Of a DNA stretch of 64,000 bases, positions 39,691-48,719 are shown piece by piece. Numbering within the stretch: position 1 is the stretch's first letter; the number at the start of each line of letters is the position of its first letter. The notes below the pieces were generated by a model that was given only the letters and a program-made list of their open reading frames with translations, ran no database searches and was not told where the DNA came from. The translations under genes and the position numbers were made by a program. The DNA is from Gammaproteobacteria bacterium (GTDB lineage: Bacteria > Pseudomonadota > Gammaproteobacteria > Pseudomonadales > Azotimanducaceae). The DNA is taken from assembly GCA_026706935.1 (NCBI GenBank), contig JAPOXV010000026.1, positions 27,721 to 91,720 on the forward strand, given 5' to 3'.

Positions 39691-40502
39691 AATTCGACCG
39701 CACGACCACAACTTTTGCATACCAGTCCTCTACGACGACGCAGACGTGGCTCTCGCCATCCGCAAGTTGCGCATGTGAGTACCCAGCGAGCAGATGAAAA
39801 ATCAATGTCGTGTGTGACGTGACCAGAACAGCCAATACTTTTTGCCGTAGCCTTCCAGGTAGCATCGTGCCCATGATTCGGTCCAACGAGTGCGTGGGCA
39901 ATTTCGTGAAGAATCGTGTCCGTGACCTCTTCATCTGAAGCGGCAAACGCAAATTGCTCTGAAAGGCTGATCTCTTCCCGTTTAAACGCACATCGACCGC
40001 CTCGTCGCGTTGCGTGGTCAAATCCGAAGCGCCAACTTTCAAGCCCATGTTTTTGAAGGAGCATTTCCGCTTCCATCTCGATGGCTTTCAATCGAGCACG
40101 CTTCGTTAAGGCTGAAGTCGTATCGCCTTCGTGCTTTAAACTGACGTACGGTACTTGCCATGTCTTGTCGCCGCACTTGACGCGTGCGTACTTCGGATTG
40201 AGCGTGACAATGGTCCCAATGTGTCGAATCTGACCGGAATCCAAGAACGAAACGAAGTCGTGTTCCGCGAACTCCATTCTTGCTGCGTCATTTCGAGTGC
40301 GAACTCGACGTGCTTGTACATCTTTGCGAAGTTTCAGCATGTCAACTGGGACGCGAAATTCACGTTCGTCATCGAGAACTACCAGTGCAGTGTGTCCCTT
40401 GATAGCCGCAATGAATCCGGTTTCTTCTCCTGTTGCGCTTACAAACGCAACAGGATCGTCGATTCTGAATCTATGCAGGTGGGTTGGAGCTCGCAGATTC
40501 AA
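39648..40502 (-). CDS. SprT-like zinc metalloprotease with N-terminal tandem small beta-barrel repeats and a C-terminal zinc ribbon
   Basis: It has the HExxH motif in ILHEIAHALVGPNHGHD and a CxxC...CxxC ribbon (CATCGW...CKSCG). Two similar ~50-aa N-terminal repeats are present. Its 3' end overlaps the convergent HAD gene by 43 nt. Confidence 0.7.
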   Translation of the reverse strand: MNLRAPTHLHRFRIDDPVAFVSATGEETGFIAAIKGHTALVVLDDEREFRVPVDMLKLRKDVQARRVRTRNDAARMEFAEHDFVSFLDSGQIRHIGTIVTLNPKYARVKCGDKTWQVPYVSLKHEGDTTSALTKRARLKAIEMEAEMLLQKHGLESWRFGFDHATRRGGRCAFKREEISLSEQFAFAASDEEVTDTILHEIAHALVGPNHGHDATWKATAKSIGCSGHVTHDIDFSSARWVLTCATCGWREPRLRRRRGLVCKSCGRAVEFQSNISKESAFDNL

Positions 40503-40920
40503 GCAGTCGTCTTATTGTGATAGCTGAGATAGATTGGAACACGATGAAAAATAGTCAATAACGACTAATTTTGCCAATCCAAACGGCAAAGTAGCCGGTC
40601 AGAAACAAGCTCGCTGCAGCAGATCATTCGATTGGGTTGTCGCGACGAATCGAGAACATACTCACACGCGGGCACTCCTCAGTCCGCAATGCGAAGGGTT
40701 TGTTTGATGATGATTGAAAGTCGATTGAAACTTCAAGGCGCACCCATCCTACCAACGATCATCGCAGACGAAGGGCATCGTTCTTTCACGTGGACGAACC
40801 AATCGCCTGTTCTCGAACTATGCACGTCACACCGACAATCGACTCCGAGCTTCAAGCAAACCAGCCATCAAAATTCGATCGCGTGTAATCTGTAATTAGC
40901 TCATATGATTTGAAAAGGAA

Positions 40921-41197
40921 TTCGAATGGGACGAAACAAAAGAGCAAGGCTTGTGTTTCAGACCGAGGTTTCGACTTCAACTACGCTTCGCAAGTATTTC
41001 TCGACCCACAACGAATCACTACGCAGGATCTTCGTTGGAATTACGGTGAGGAACGGTTCCGCGTTCTGGCTGATATCGAAGGTTGAACGTACGTCGTCAT
41101 TTTCACGAAGCGTGCTTCATTGACCCGCATCATTTCCGCTCGCAAAGCAAACGCAAGGGAGGTAGCTGAATATGAGCACCGTTCGCAAGACGATTGA
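40921..41197 (+). pseudogene. Decayed DUF497/BrnT-family toxin gene (frameshift, in-frame TGA, no start codon)
   Basis: My translation gives FEWDETK in one frame, then (+1) SKACVSDRGFDFNYASQVFLDPQRITTQDLRWNYGEERFRVLADIEG-stop(41084-41086)-TYVVIFTKRASLTRIISARKANAREVAEYE. The FEWD, GEER and RIISARKA motifs are the BrnT hallmarks. Confidence 0.8.
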
Positions 41198-41501
41198 TCT
41201 GATCAATCCCACAACCACCGGATATATCGATCCTGCCGTCGTGGATGCGACAACCGAAGCGCAGATTGCGAAACACCAACAGGAAGACGACGAGGAAGCC
41301 AAACAAGAGGTCGCCCGTTACGTGCGACGATTGCGAAGGCGTGTAGCGCTCTCTCAAGCGGAGCTTGCGCGACGCATATGTGTCCCCGTTCAGACTGTTC
41401 GCGACTGGGAGCATGGAAAAGAGGTTCCGACTGGTGCAGCTCGCGCATTGCTGCGCGTTCTTGACAAATCACCGGAGACCGTGTTGCATGTACTCACATA
41501 A
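41172..41501 (+). CDS. XRE/MqsA-type HTH antitoxin (partner of the BrnT relic)
   Basis: 109-aa intact ORF that overlaps the end of the toxin relic. Its HTH reads LSQAELARRICVPVQTVRDWEHGKEVPTGAARALLRVL. Confidence 0.75.
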   Translation: MSTVRKTIDLINPTTTGYIDPAVVDATTEAQIAKHQQEDDEEAKQEVARYVRRLRRRVALSQAELARRICVPVQTVRDWEHGKEVPTGAARALLRVLDKSPETVLHVLT

Positions 41502-41685
41502 GTGCGTCCACTTGAATTGACTGAGTGCAACAACGCCGATTTGCGAATTCCACACATCTCCCAATAGTGAATCGCGAACCAGCTGCCATGCGACTGCAAG
41601 CATGCGGTTCGAGAAGTGTCGAGTCAATCCACCGCCCACACCCAGACATCAAAACAACTCATCGAACGAAAGGATTAACTAGACG

Positions 41686-41955
41686 ATGGCGAATCTCACC
41701 GTGCGTAACGTACCTCATGAGGTACATCGAGCCTTGCGCGTTCGCGCGGCACACAGTGGTCGAAGTGTCGAAGCAGAGGTGCGTGCTATCTTGCAGGATT
41801 CGGTCATGCCAGAAAATCGCGTCAAACTGGGTTCTTTGTTAGCTGAGATTGGGAAGCAGATCCAGTTGACTGATGAAGAGATGAAGTACTTCGAGCGCGA
41901 CCATACGCCACATACACACATAAAGTTGGATTGTTCGTCATCATCGCGGCGATGA
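41686..41955 (+). CDS. FitA/VapB-like ribbon-helix-helix antitoxin (orphan)
   Basis: MANLTVRNVPHEVHRALRVRAAHSGRSVEAEVRAILQDSV is the typical Arc/FitA-type RHH N-terminus. No PIN-domain ORF follows. Confidence 0.75.
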   Translation: MANLTVRNVPHEVHRALRVRAAHSGRSVEAEVRAILQDSVMPENRVKLGSLLAEIGKQIQLTDEEMKYFERDHTPHTHIKLDCSSSSRR

Positions 41956-42179
41956 ACCGCGTGACGTTCGTGAGTCGTGATTACATCCTATTGAAGTAGC
42001 AATGGTGAGAGTCGTCAATTTGCGAATATGACCGCACGAATCACTGGGACGAAAACCGCGAGCTCGATATCGAGAATGGCTCTAAGACATCTAAGCTAAT
42101 CTAGATTCTTCCTATTCGGCCGCAAGTGACGGCGATTCTACGCTACCATTCATAAATCTAATAACACTTTGGTGACACG

Positions 42180-43121
42180 ATGAACGCGAACGTGCACCCA
42201 CCCTATGTTGACGCCCACGGACACTTTGCGAACGGTAAATACCGTCATGTGAGAATGCCGGACCATCAGGAAGTGTCCGATCCCAAAGAACGTGCCAAGC
42301 TGTACCACAATCACGCCATCCGCGTTCACAACGCGCGCTTGCTGGCTCCCCCACCAACCATCGACGTACAAGGCTTTCAGCTCGTCCATCAGGAGACACA
42401 CGTTGACGACTTACTCGACATGGAAAACGCAACAACAGCGTTTTACGCAGAGTGTTCCGAGGTAGTCAAGGAACTTACTGGATGCGCGGACACTCATGTG
42501 ACGCAGCACCAATACCGCAACGGGTATGGCGATCTTCCAGAAGGGCATCCCAAACGAATGAAGCCTACACCTAACGGTAGTCCCGGTCGCTATGGCGGAA
42601 CGCACTCGGATATCAGCCCAATGGCGGAAAATCGTTGGGATGACATCGTTGACGGACGTCACTGCGCGATGTTCAATCTTTGGCGTAGCACCGACTTAGA
42701 GAACGACATTCAAGTCATGCCGCTGGCTGTTCTGGACATGACATCATTAGATTTCGACGACATGGTAGCGGCCGATGCTTGGGGCGGCGCAAGCAGCCAG
42801 CAACAACATCTTGTCAGCTATCGCTTAGCCTATAACCCCAATCAAAGGTGGTACTACTTTCCCCGAATGACGCCGACCGAGATGCTCGTGTTCAAACAAT
42901 ACGACACAAGAGAACCTGATCCTACACTGCGTCAGGTCTATCACGGTGCGATCCCAGACCCAACCACGACCGACGATTCACCACTGCGCCAAACCATCGA
43001 AGTTCGCGTCCTCGCATTATTCGATAAAGAGAAAAACCGGGAGGAGCGAAAGACTCGGTATCAAGCTGAAATACCCGAAAGATTCGCCGACGGGACGGTT
43101 TCAACCTGGGCGTATCGCTAA
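42180..43121 (+). CDS. CmcJ/NvfI-family (2OG/Fe-type) oxidoreductase
   Basis: 313-aa ORF with family-typical segments THSDIS (HxD), FNLWRS, PLAVLD, RWYYFPRMTPTEMLVFKQYD, YHGAIPDP and QTIEVRVLALF. Confidence 0.7.
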   Translation: MNANVHPPYVDAHGHFANGKYRHVRMPDHQEVSDPKERAKLYHNHAIRVHNARLLAPPPTIDVQGFQLVHQETHVDDLLDMENATTAFYAECSEVVKELTGCADTHVTQHQYRNGYGDLPEGHPKRMKPTPNGSPGRYGGTHSDISPMAENRWDDIVDGRHCAMFNLWRSTDLENDIQVMPLAVLDMTSLDFDDMVAADAWGGASSQQQHLVSYRLAYNPNQRWYYFPRMTPTEMLVFKQYDTREPDPTLRQVYHGAIPDPTTTDDSPLRQTIEVRVLALFDKEKNREERKTRYQAEIPERFADGTVSTWAYR

Positions 43122-43125
43122 CGGT

Positions 43126-44046
43126 CTAGCTCGCTGCTGTAAGCATGCGCCGCAGCGTGTGCACTAGTTTTGGCACGCCACCAGGTTGCCAACCCAATTC
43201 AGCCAGTCCCTCACATGCCATCGGATTTTTTGGCGGTATGCCGACGGGCAAGGAATCGACCGCAACGGTTTTCACTTCTTTGATTCGACGCATAAGCTCA
43301 ACTAACTGCACTTGGCTGACCGCAATATCGGAGCAATTGAAACGTTGATGCTCGACCCTAGCAAGAGGCGCAGTAAGTAGCAACGAAATCGCCGATGCCA
43401 CGTCCTCGCCGTGCACTTCAGTCCTGAGTCGATTCGAGTAGGTATTACTCGACACATCACCTGTTGCCACATCCGAAATAAGGTCAGCCCACTTGTTCTC
43501 TTCTGAACGATGAGTCTCGCCGTAAATTCCGGTCGGACGCAGTGTGCAGAAACCAATTTCCGTCATTGAATCTCCAAGCTCTTCAGTTTGCGCCTTGATC
43601 TCTCCGTAAAGCGAATCCGGTTTGGTAGGTGTCGCATCGGTAAGACTTGCAGTACTTTCCCCGTACCCATCAAATACGGCTCGGCTTGAAATAAACACAG
43701 TTCGTTTAACCCGCGTTCCTTGAAGCATCTTCAGAAACGCTTCAGTTTGACGCAAATTGACTGTCTTGAATCGTGCGGGATCGTCGCCTTCCCCGCCACG
43801 ATATCGGCCAGGTAGATGATCAAATGCAGCATGAACGACAGCGTCACAATCCGTCGTGAGCTCCCGGAGAGACGCTAAATCCATCAAATCACCTTGGAAC
43901 CAACGTAGACGGTCGTTCGGTCTAAATTTCTCGGCGCCACGCTTGTCAGTACGCCGTAGTGCGTGGACCTCATAGTGGTCTTCGAGAAGTTTGGGGAGCA
44001 AGAACTCCGCCAACAGTCCCGTGGCACCAGTAACCGCTACACGCAA
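43126..44046 (-). CDS. NAD-dependent epimerase/dehydratase-family protein (sqdC-position gene of a sulfolipid operon)
   Basis: It has a Rossmann motif VAVTGATGLLAEF. It is the last gene of the sqdB-GT8 operon. The assignment to sqdC is by operon analogy only. Confidence 0.6.
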   Translation of the reverse strand: MRVAVTGATGLLAEFLLPKLLEDHYEVHALRRTDKRGAEKFRPNDRLRWFQGDLMDLASLRELTTDCDAVVHAAFDHLPGRYRGGEGDDPARFKTVNLRQTEAFLKMLQGTRVKRTVFISSRAVFDGYGESTASLTDATPTKPDSLYGEIKAQTEELGDSMTEIGFCTLRPTGIYGETHRSEENKWADLISDVATGDVSSNTYSNRLRTEVHGEDVASAISLLLTAPLARVEHQRFNCSDIAVSQVQLVELMRRIKEVKTVAVDSLPVGIPPKNPMACEGLAELGWQPGGVPKLVHTLRRMLTAAS

Positions 44047-44061
44047 TGAAGGTCCCGCGAA

Positions 44062-44859
44062 TCAGTTATCAATTAATGTAGGTAGCTCCGAAGGAAGGTC
44101 ACGGCCCTCCAATGCGGCATACCATAAGTCAATCAGAGGTTTGAGTTGATCACGCTTCGGATGATCTTGCTCCCAAGGTTTCTCATATTGGTAGTGCACA
44201 ACGTGAATCGATGGCCAGTGCCAGAGTGCCGGAAGGTTGAAATAGATGTATTGAAGTGCGTTGTACGTATACGGTAGCCCATGCCAATCTGGGAAGTACG
44301 ATTCCAAAAAAGTTTGATCCGTCCGGCGCCAGAATACGTCAGGTTGATCCATCTGGTTCAGCATGTCCGCGAACGTACGTTTAGACGGTCGAGCGACGAA
44401 TACACCTGAGTTTAGGCGATGCATATCTGCCAAAGTCTCGTAGAGATTAGGTGCCGCCGTGAACTCTGGGTACCGGAAGAGCTTGCTGATGTCGCGCACG
44501 ACGATCGCATCCGCGTCAATGAACACCACGCGCTCGAATTGCTCAAGCTCCCACAGTCGCAGCTTGCAGAAGTTGTCGAGGGGATCATGAAATTTCGGTT
44601 TATTTCCCTTGGTAAAAGGGGCAGTCGTGTGTTGGCGTTCTCGAGTATGCCTTTCATTGAACGCGTCTGAGCAAGGGAGTCGTTCTACTGACATCACTTT
44701 ACAACCTTCAGCAAGCAAGGGGTCTAGTGCGAGGTCTGAATGTGTTGTCATCACGACCAAGGGATGATCGGGATCAACACGTTTGAGTGAACGTGCTAGC
44801 GCAAGGGCACCAAGAGCGTAATCGTCATTGGTGACGAGCGTGACATACGCGGCATCCAC
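44062..44859 (-). CDS. sqdD: Glycogenin-like family 8 glycosyltransferase (SqdD-like)
   Basis: AYVTLVTNDDYALGALALARSLK and the DxD motif (FIDADAIVV) match glycogenin-type GT8. It lies directly downstream of sqdB. Confidence 0.65.
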   Translation of the reverse strand: MDAAYVTLVTNDDYALGALALARSLKRVDPDHPLVVMTTHSDLALDPLLAEGCKVMSVERLPCSDAFNERHTRERQHTTAPFTKGNKPKFHDPLDNFCKLRLWELEQFERVVFIDADAIVVRDISKLFRYPEFTAAPNLYETLADMHRLNSGVFVARPSKRTFADMLNQMDQPDVFWRRTDQTFLESYFPDWHGLPYTYNALQYIYFNLPALWHWPSIHVVHYQYEKPWEQDHPKRDQLKPLIDLWYAALEGRDLPSELPTLIDN

Positions 44860-44891
44860 GCTAGCTAAACATGACGGTATTGCGTAAACGA

Positions 44892-46115
44892 TCAGGCGCG
44901 TTTGCGAACCTGCTCGATCGTCTCGATATTGGTTAGTTTTTCACCGATCTGCTTGGTCCATGCCGATTGCGCAGGAATCCTTGTGCGGTCGACACGAGAT
45001 TTGTGCTTTCGAGCGATCTCAACCAACTCATCAAGAAGACCTTCGTCAAGCGTTATCGGATTCAAACCCAAGCTTAGAAACGTTTCATTTGACACACGAA
45101 GGTCGTTCTCATCTGCTTCGCGACGCGGATTGGTGTGATATTCAATCGGTACGCCGCTTAAACTCGATACGAGTTCTGCAAGATCCCTAATTCGGTGGGT
45201 CTCAGTCATCTGATTGAAGATCTTGGTTCGGTCACCACGATCCGGTGGGTTGCTGACAGCCAATTCAATGCACCGTACTGAATCCTGGATATGAATGAAA
45301 GCCCTCGTTTGCCCACCTGTACCGTGAACGGTCAATGGGTAGTTAATGGCAGCTTGAATTAAAAAGCGATTAAGGACGGTACCGTAATCGCCATCGTAGT
45401 CAAATCGATTGATCAAACTCGGGTGACGCTTCGTCTCTGCGGTCTGCGTCCCCCAAACGATCCCTTGGTGCAAATCGGTCAGTCGAAGTTGGTCGTTCTT
45501 CGCATAGAACGCCAGCATTAGTTGGTCCAAGCACTTCGTCATGTGATAGACGCTACCCGGATTGGCGGGATACAGTATTTCTTGCGTGTGCAGTGAGCCA
45601 TCGTCATTTGCAATCTGTACCGGAAGATACCCTTCAGGTATCGTCGCACCAATGTCGCTGTAGCCGTAAACGCCCATGGTTCCTAGGTGTACGACATGCA
45701 CATCCGATTCAAGCTCAACAATGGCATTCAAAAGATTGTGAGTCGCATTGACATTGTTGTTGACGGTGTACGCTTTGTGGCGATCCGACTTCATTGAGTA
45801 CGGCGCCGCTCGTTGCTGTGCAAGATGGATGACGCAATCGGGCCGAAAGTCCTCAAACCACAGTTTGACGCGTTCATACTCCGTCGCGAGGTCCAATTGC
45901 TCAAAGTGGATACGACGATTGGAGATGCGCTCCCAGATCTTGATACGTTCCTGAATCGTCTCGATAGGAGTTAGCGATTGAACACCCAGTTCGAGGTCAA
46001 TTTGACGTCGACTCAGGTTGTCAACGATCGCGACATCATGACCATGGTTCGCTAAATGGAGACTTGCTGGCCACCCAATGAAGCCGTCTCCCCCAAATAC
46101 CCCTACGCGCATCAA
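44892..46115 (-). CDS. sqdB: UDP-sulfoquinovose synthase (SQD1/SqdB)
   Basis: 407-aa ORF collinear by eye with plant SQD1. Matching segments are GGDGFIGWPASLHL, IVDNLSRRQIDLELGVQSLTPI, QRAAPYSM, HLGTMGVYG, LTDLHQGIVWG, RFDYDGDYGTVLNRF and PLTVHGTGGQTRAFIHIQD. Confidence 0.88.
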   Translation of the reverse strand: MMRVGVFGGDGFIGWPASLHLANHGHDVAIVDNLSRRQIDLELGVQSLTPIETIQERIKIWERISNRRIHFEQLDLATEYERVKLWFEDFRPDCVIHLAQQRAAPYSMKSDRHKAYTVNNNVNATHNLLNAIVELESDVHVVHLGTMGVYGYSDIGATIPEGYLPVQIANDDGSLHTQEILYPANPGSVYHMTKCLDQLMLAFYAKNDQLRLTDLHQGIVWGTQTAETKRHPSLINRFDYDGDYGTVLNRFLIQAAINYPLTVHGTGGQTRAFIHIQDSVRCIELAVSNPPDRGDRTKIFNQMTETHRIRDLAELVSSLSGVPIEYHTNPRREADENDLRVSNETFLSLGLNPITLDEGLLDELVEIARKHKSRVDRTRIPAQSAWTKQIGEKLTNIETIEQVRKRA

Positions 46116-47437
46116 ACACCCTTCCTATATTCGTTTGCGCATTGTAAACGAGCATTAGGTCGTTACGTCATGCCTGAAACGCGCTGAGCTAATTGAATAA
46201 TTGGCGATACATGAAGCGTTCAAATAGACGACGTATAGCCGAATAAACCCAAACGTGTACAGCGAAAGTCGAAGCGCATCTGGACTAAGTCACTTCCGTT
46301 ATCATCGACATCGCGATTACACCAAGTAACGACTTGGTTTAGTATAGACCGGATGAACCACGGTGCACACCAACAAAATGTTTCATCGCCTACGTACTCG
46401 ATTCATCGCCCTCGAATCGGAGTAGGTAAATTCAGCTCCAGTGAGATATTGAGTGTCAAACTCAAACTGTCTTCCGTCGTTGAAATGATCGGAAAGTCCA
46501 GAATTGGCGTTGGGTAGCGCAAACCATCGTTACTGCCCTTGAATCCCAATCGATCGTAACGATTCAGCGGTCATTGGACGATTGTCCATTCCACTACCCT
46601 CAAAAACCATCGATAACATAACCCCGATTCTCAGGACCGTATGGGTACTTCACCGTGAACGCAACACAGCGAGGGTCGACTTTGAATAGCCTATCTACAA
46701 AAAAACGGTGCGAAATAGCGAGCCATTCCGCGTTTCAAGTCAACAAATTTATCGATCACACGCTAATCAAAAAGTGTGGACGAAACTAGGTACACCTTAG
46801 GCACATGATTCCTCTAGCGCTGTAGACGACATCAACTCATCGCAGGTGTTTTCACGACTCGAAGACTCACATTAACTTCTTGTCCTGTCCGGATTCTTAC
46901 GTTGCTGAATTAGCAAACAGGCTCGTCATCGTGCGTGTCGATTACGTTGTTATGTTGTTACCTAGGAGATCCTCACCAAGACAAAATCGAGGTTCCACTA
47001 TCTATGTGCGTTTTCGCATTCTGCAAACACTGACGTTTTGATGCCAGTGCCTTCCAACCCCTGTATTGGACACCACATGCACAACTTGCATACTTTACAG
47101 AGGACGGCTCTGTAGTACGTGATCCACTCATCGTCTTAGACACTCTCGTCGCCAATTAGATTCGCCGGTTAGTTACCGTGACAGCTTTGGTTGGCAATCA
47201 GTTTCAATTCAGCATGGTGTTGAAACGGGGTGCTGCCATCGATAACTAGGTAAAAATCGATTCAGGGTTGCTGGCTTTGTCAATACCCGTATCGACGATT
47301 AGCATACAGCACGTCTCAGTGCGAAAGCAACCGACTCGAATTTTGGAACTGACCTGTCTCGGCATTACTTTCTGTCAGCAGTATCTAACTACCGCACGCA
47401 AGCTATGACTTGGCAAGTTTCGAGGTGAACAATCGAA

Positions 47438-48265
47438 TCAGTTTGCAGACGCAGTGGAGGTCTGCAATTCCCTCACGATCCGCAACATCACGTTCACGGT
47501 ATTAGACACTTCATATGCCGCTGACTCAGTCGCTGCGTAGTCGTTCGCGTGAGCGAGGTTGTTGCGAAGATCTCCTATTGCTGTGAAGGCGTTATTCAGC
47601 TCTCTATTGCTACCTCTTAAGAACTTACTTTTTCGAACGATGGTCGCTTTATCGGCTAATTGTGTGTATGCGATTTCGTTTACAAAGGTGTCTCGTTGCT
47701 TCGCTTGAGCGATCCGTTTCTCGACTGCTTCTCGTCGATCATCACTAAGCAAACTTAGCCAACCGTTTGGACAGTCCTTCCATGCGTCCCCTATTCGATC
47801 CGCCATCGCAAGTTCCAATCCCGTCACCACGCTGAACAATGCTGTCCTTGCTGGTAGCTTTTGAAGGTCTGCCAAACTCACGAGTCCTTCAATCCCGCTT
47901 CCAGATGCGACGAGCCGCATCGGTCGTTCGAAGAGTGATCTGATGAACTCTAGGATGTGTGCGTTACTGCCGATAAGGTGATCTTCTGTGAGCGGCTCGA
48001 AATGGTCGCCGACCTTTCCTATCGGAGTATTCATCTCTCCGAAGAGCTGATTAGTATAGAGCAGTCCTGTAACAACCTCATTCATTATTACTGGTAAGAC
48101 GCTAAATCCGCTTTCTCTGACATACTTGAGGGAGTGGATACTGTCGTCCGGGCTGCACGTTATCAGATTAGCCCTCGGAGTCATGATATAGCTCACAGTC
48201 AAACCTGATTGCATTGATTCTATCGACTCACGAGTAGAGTCTATCCGATTGGACCATGTAGTCAT
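47438..48265 (-). CDS. CBS-pair protein with a C-terminal HEPN-like (Rx4H) domain, predicted ligand-gated RNase
   Basis: Two CBS-like modules are present (VSYIMTPRANLITCSPDDSIHSLKYVRESGFSVLPVI and LIGSNAHILEFIRSLFERPMRLVASGSGIEGLVSLADL). They are followed by a helical domain ending in GDLRNNLAHAN, with R at 47564-47566 and H at 47549-47551. The ATG at 48265 is preferred; the track ORF extends to a GTG at 48394. Confidence 0.6.
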   Translation of the reverse strand: MTTWSNRIDSTRESIESMQSGLTVSYIMTPRANLITCSPDDSIHSLKYVRESGFSVLPVIMNEVVTGLLYTNQLFGEMNTPIGKVGDHFEPLTEDHLIGSNAHILEFIRSLFERPMRLVASGSGIEGLVSLADLQKLPARTALFSVVTGLELAMADRIGDAWKDCPNGWLSLLSDDRREAVEKRIAQAKQRDTFVNEIAYTQLADKATIVRKSKFLRGSNRELNNAFTAIGDLRNNLAHANDYAATESAAYEVSNTVNVMLRIVRELQTSTASAN

Positions 48266-48719
48266 TCGTACAACGTTCTCACTAGAATGTGAGCGACTAA
48301 AACTAGGAAGTAGACGTGTAAAAAGATCGACGAATTCGCCGCGAACTTCATGGATAAGAACGAGCCGAGGCGCTCGGATCGAAGCGAAGTACACATCGCG
48401 TTGATACTTCTCACTTTTTAGTCACCCGGAAGAAGTGTAAACCGTGTTCTTGGTATACACCTTTCGATCTTGATAAAGGTGGCGACATTCGTATCCGTGG
48501 GTGTCGATTCCTTATTTTTGCAATACGTCACTCTCCACGCCTAGTGTATCAGCTCATTTAACCTTACGGTCAGATATAAGAAAGAGAGTTCCCTCCAGTA
48601 TGCCGGGAGTTTTCGAAACTTGAGTGCAGATATTCGTACCTAGATTGATTGCCCGTGTCCTGGATCTCCTACGATGAGTACTATACCTTGAAAAACCTCT
48701 CTAAAGACCGCATGATCGA

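Noticed and set aside
39641-40048. 135-aa minus-strand ORF overlapping the 3' half of the SprT-like gene in another frame
   Set aside because: The SprT frame carries the HExxH motif and the zinc ribbon. The overlapping frame has no recognisable features.
40632-41123. Track ORFs 40632..40895 and 40926..41123 as possible small proteins
   Set aside because: 40926..41123 is an out-of-frame reading of the BrnT relic. 40632..40895 has no motif, no ribosome-binding site and an odd composition. I treat both as non-coding.
46116-47437. I looked for an integrase gene, a CRISPR array, a retron-like ncRNA or a copy of the ssrA 3' end in the ORF-free stretch
   Set aside because: There are no regularly spaced repeats, no RT or integrase motifs in any frame I translated, and only an 8-mer (gtggaggt at about 47453) shared with the ssrA 3' end. 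It is reported only as probable decayed DNA.
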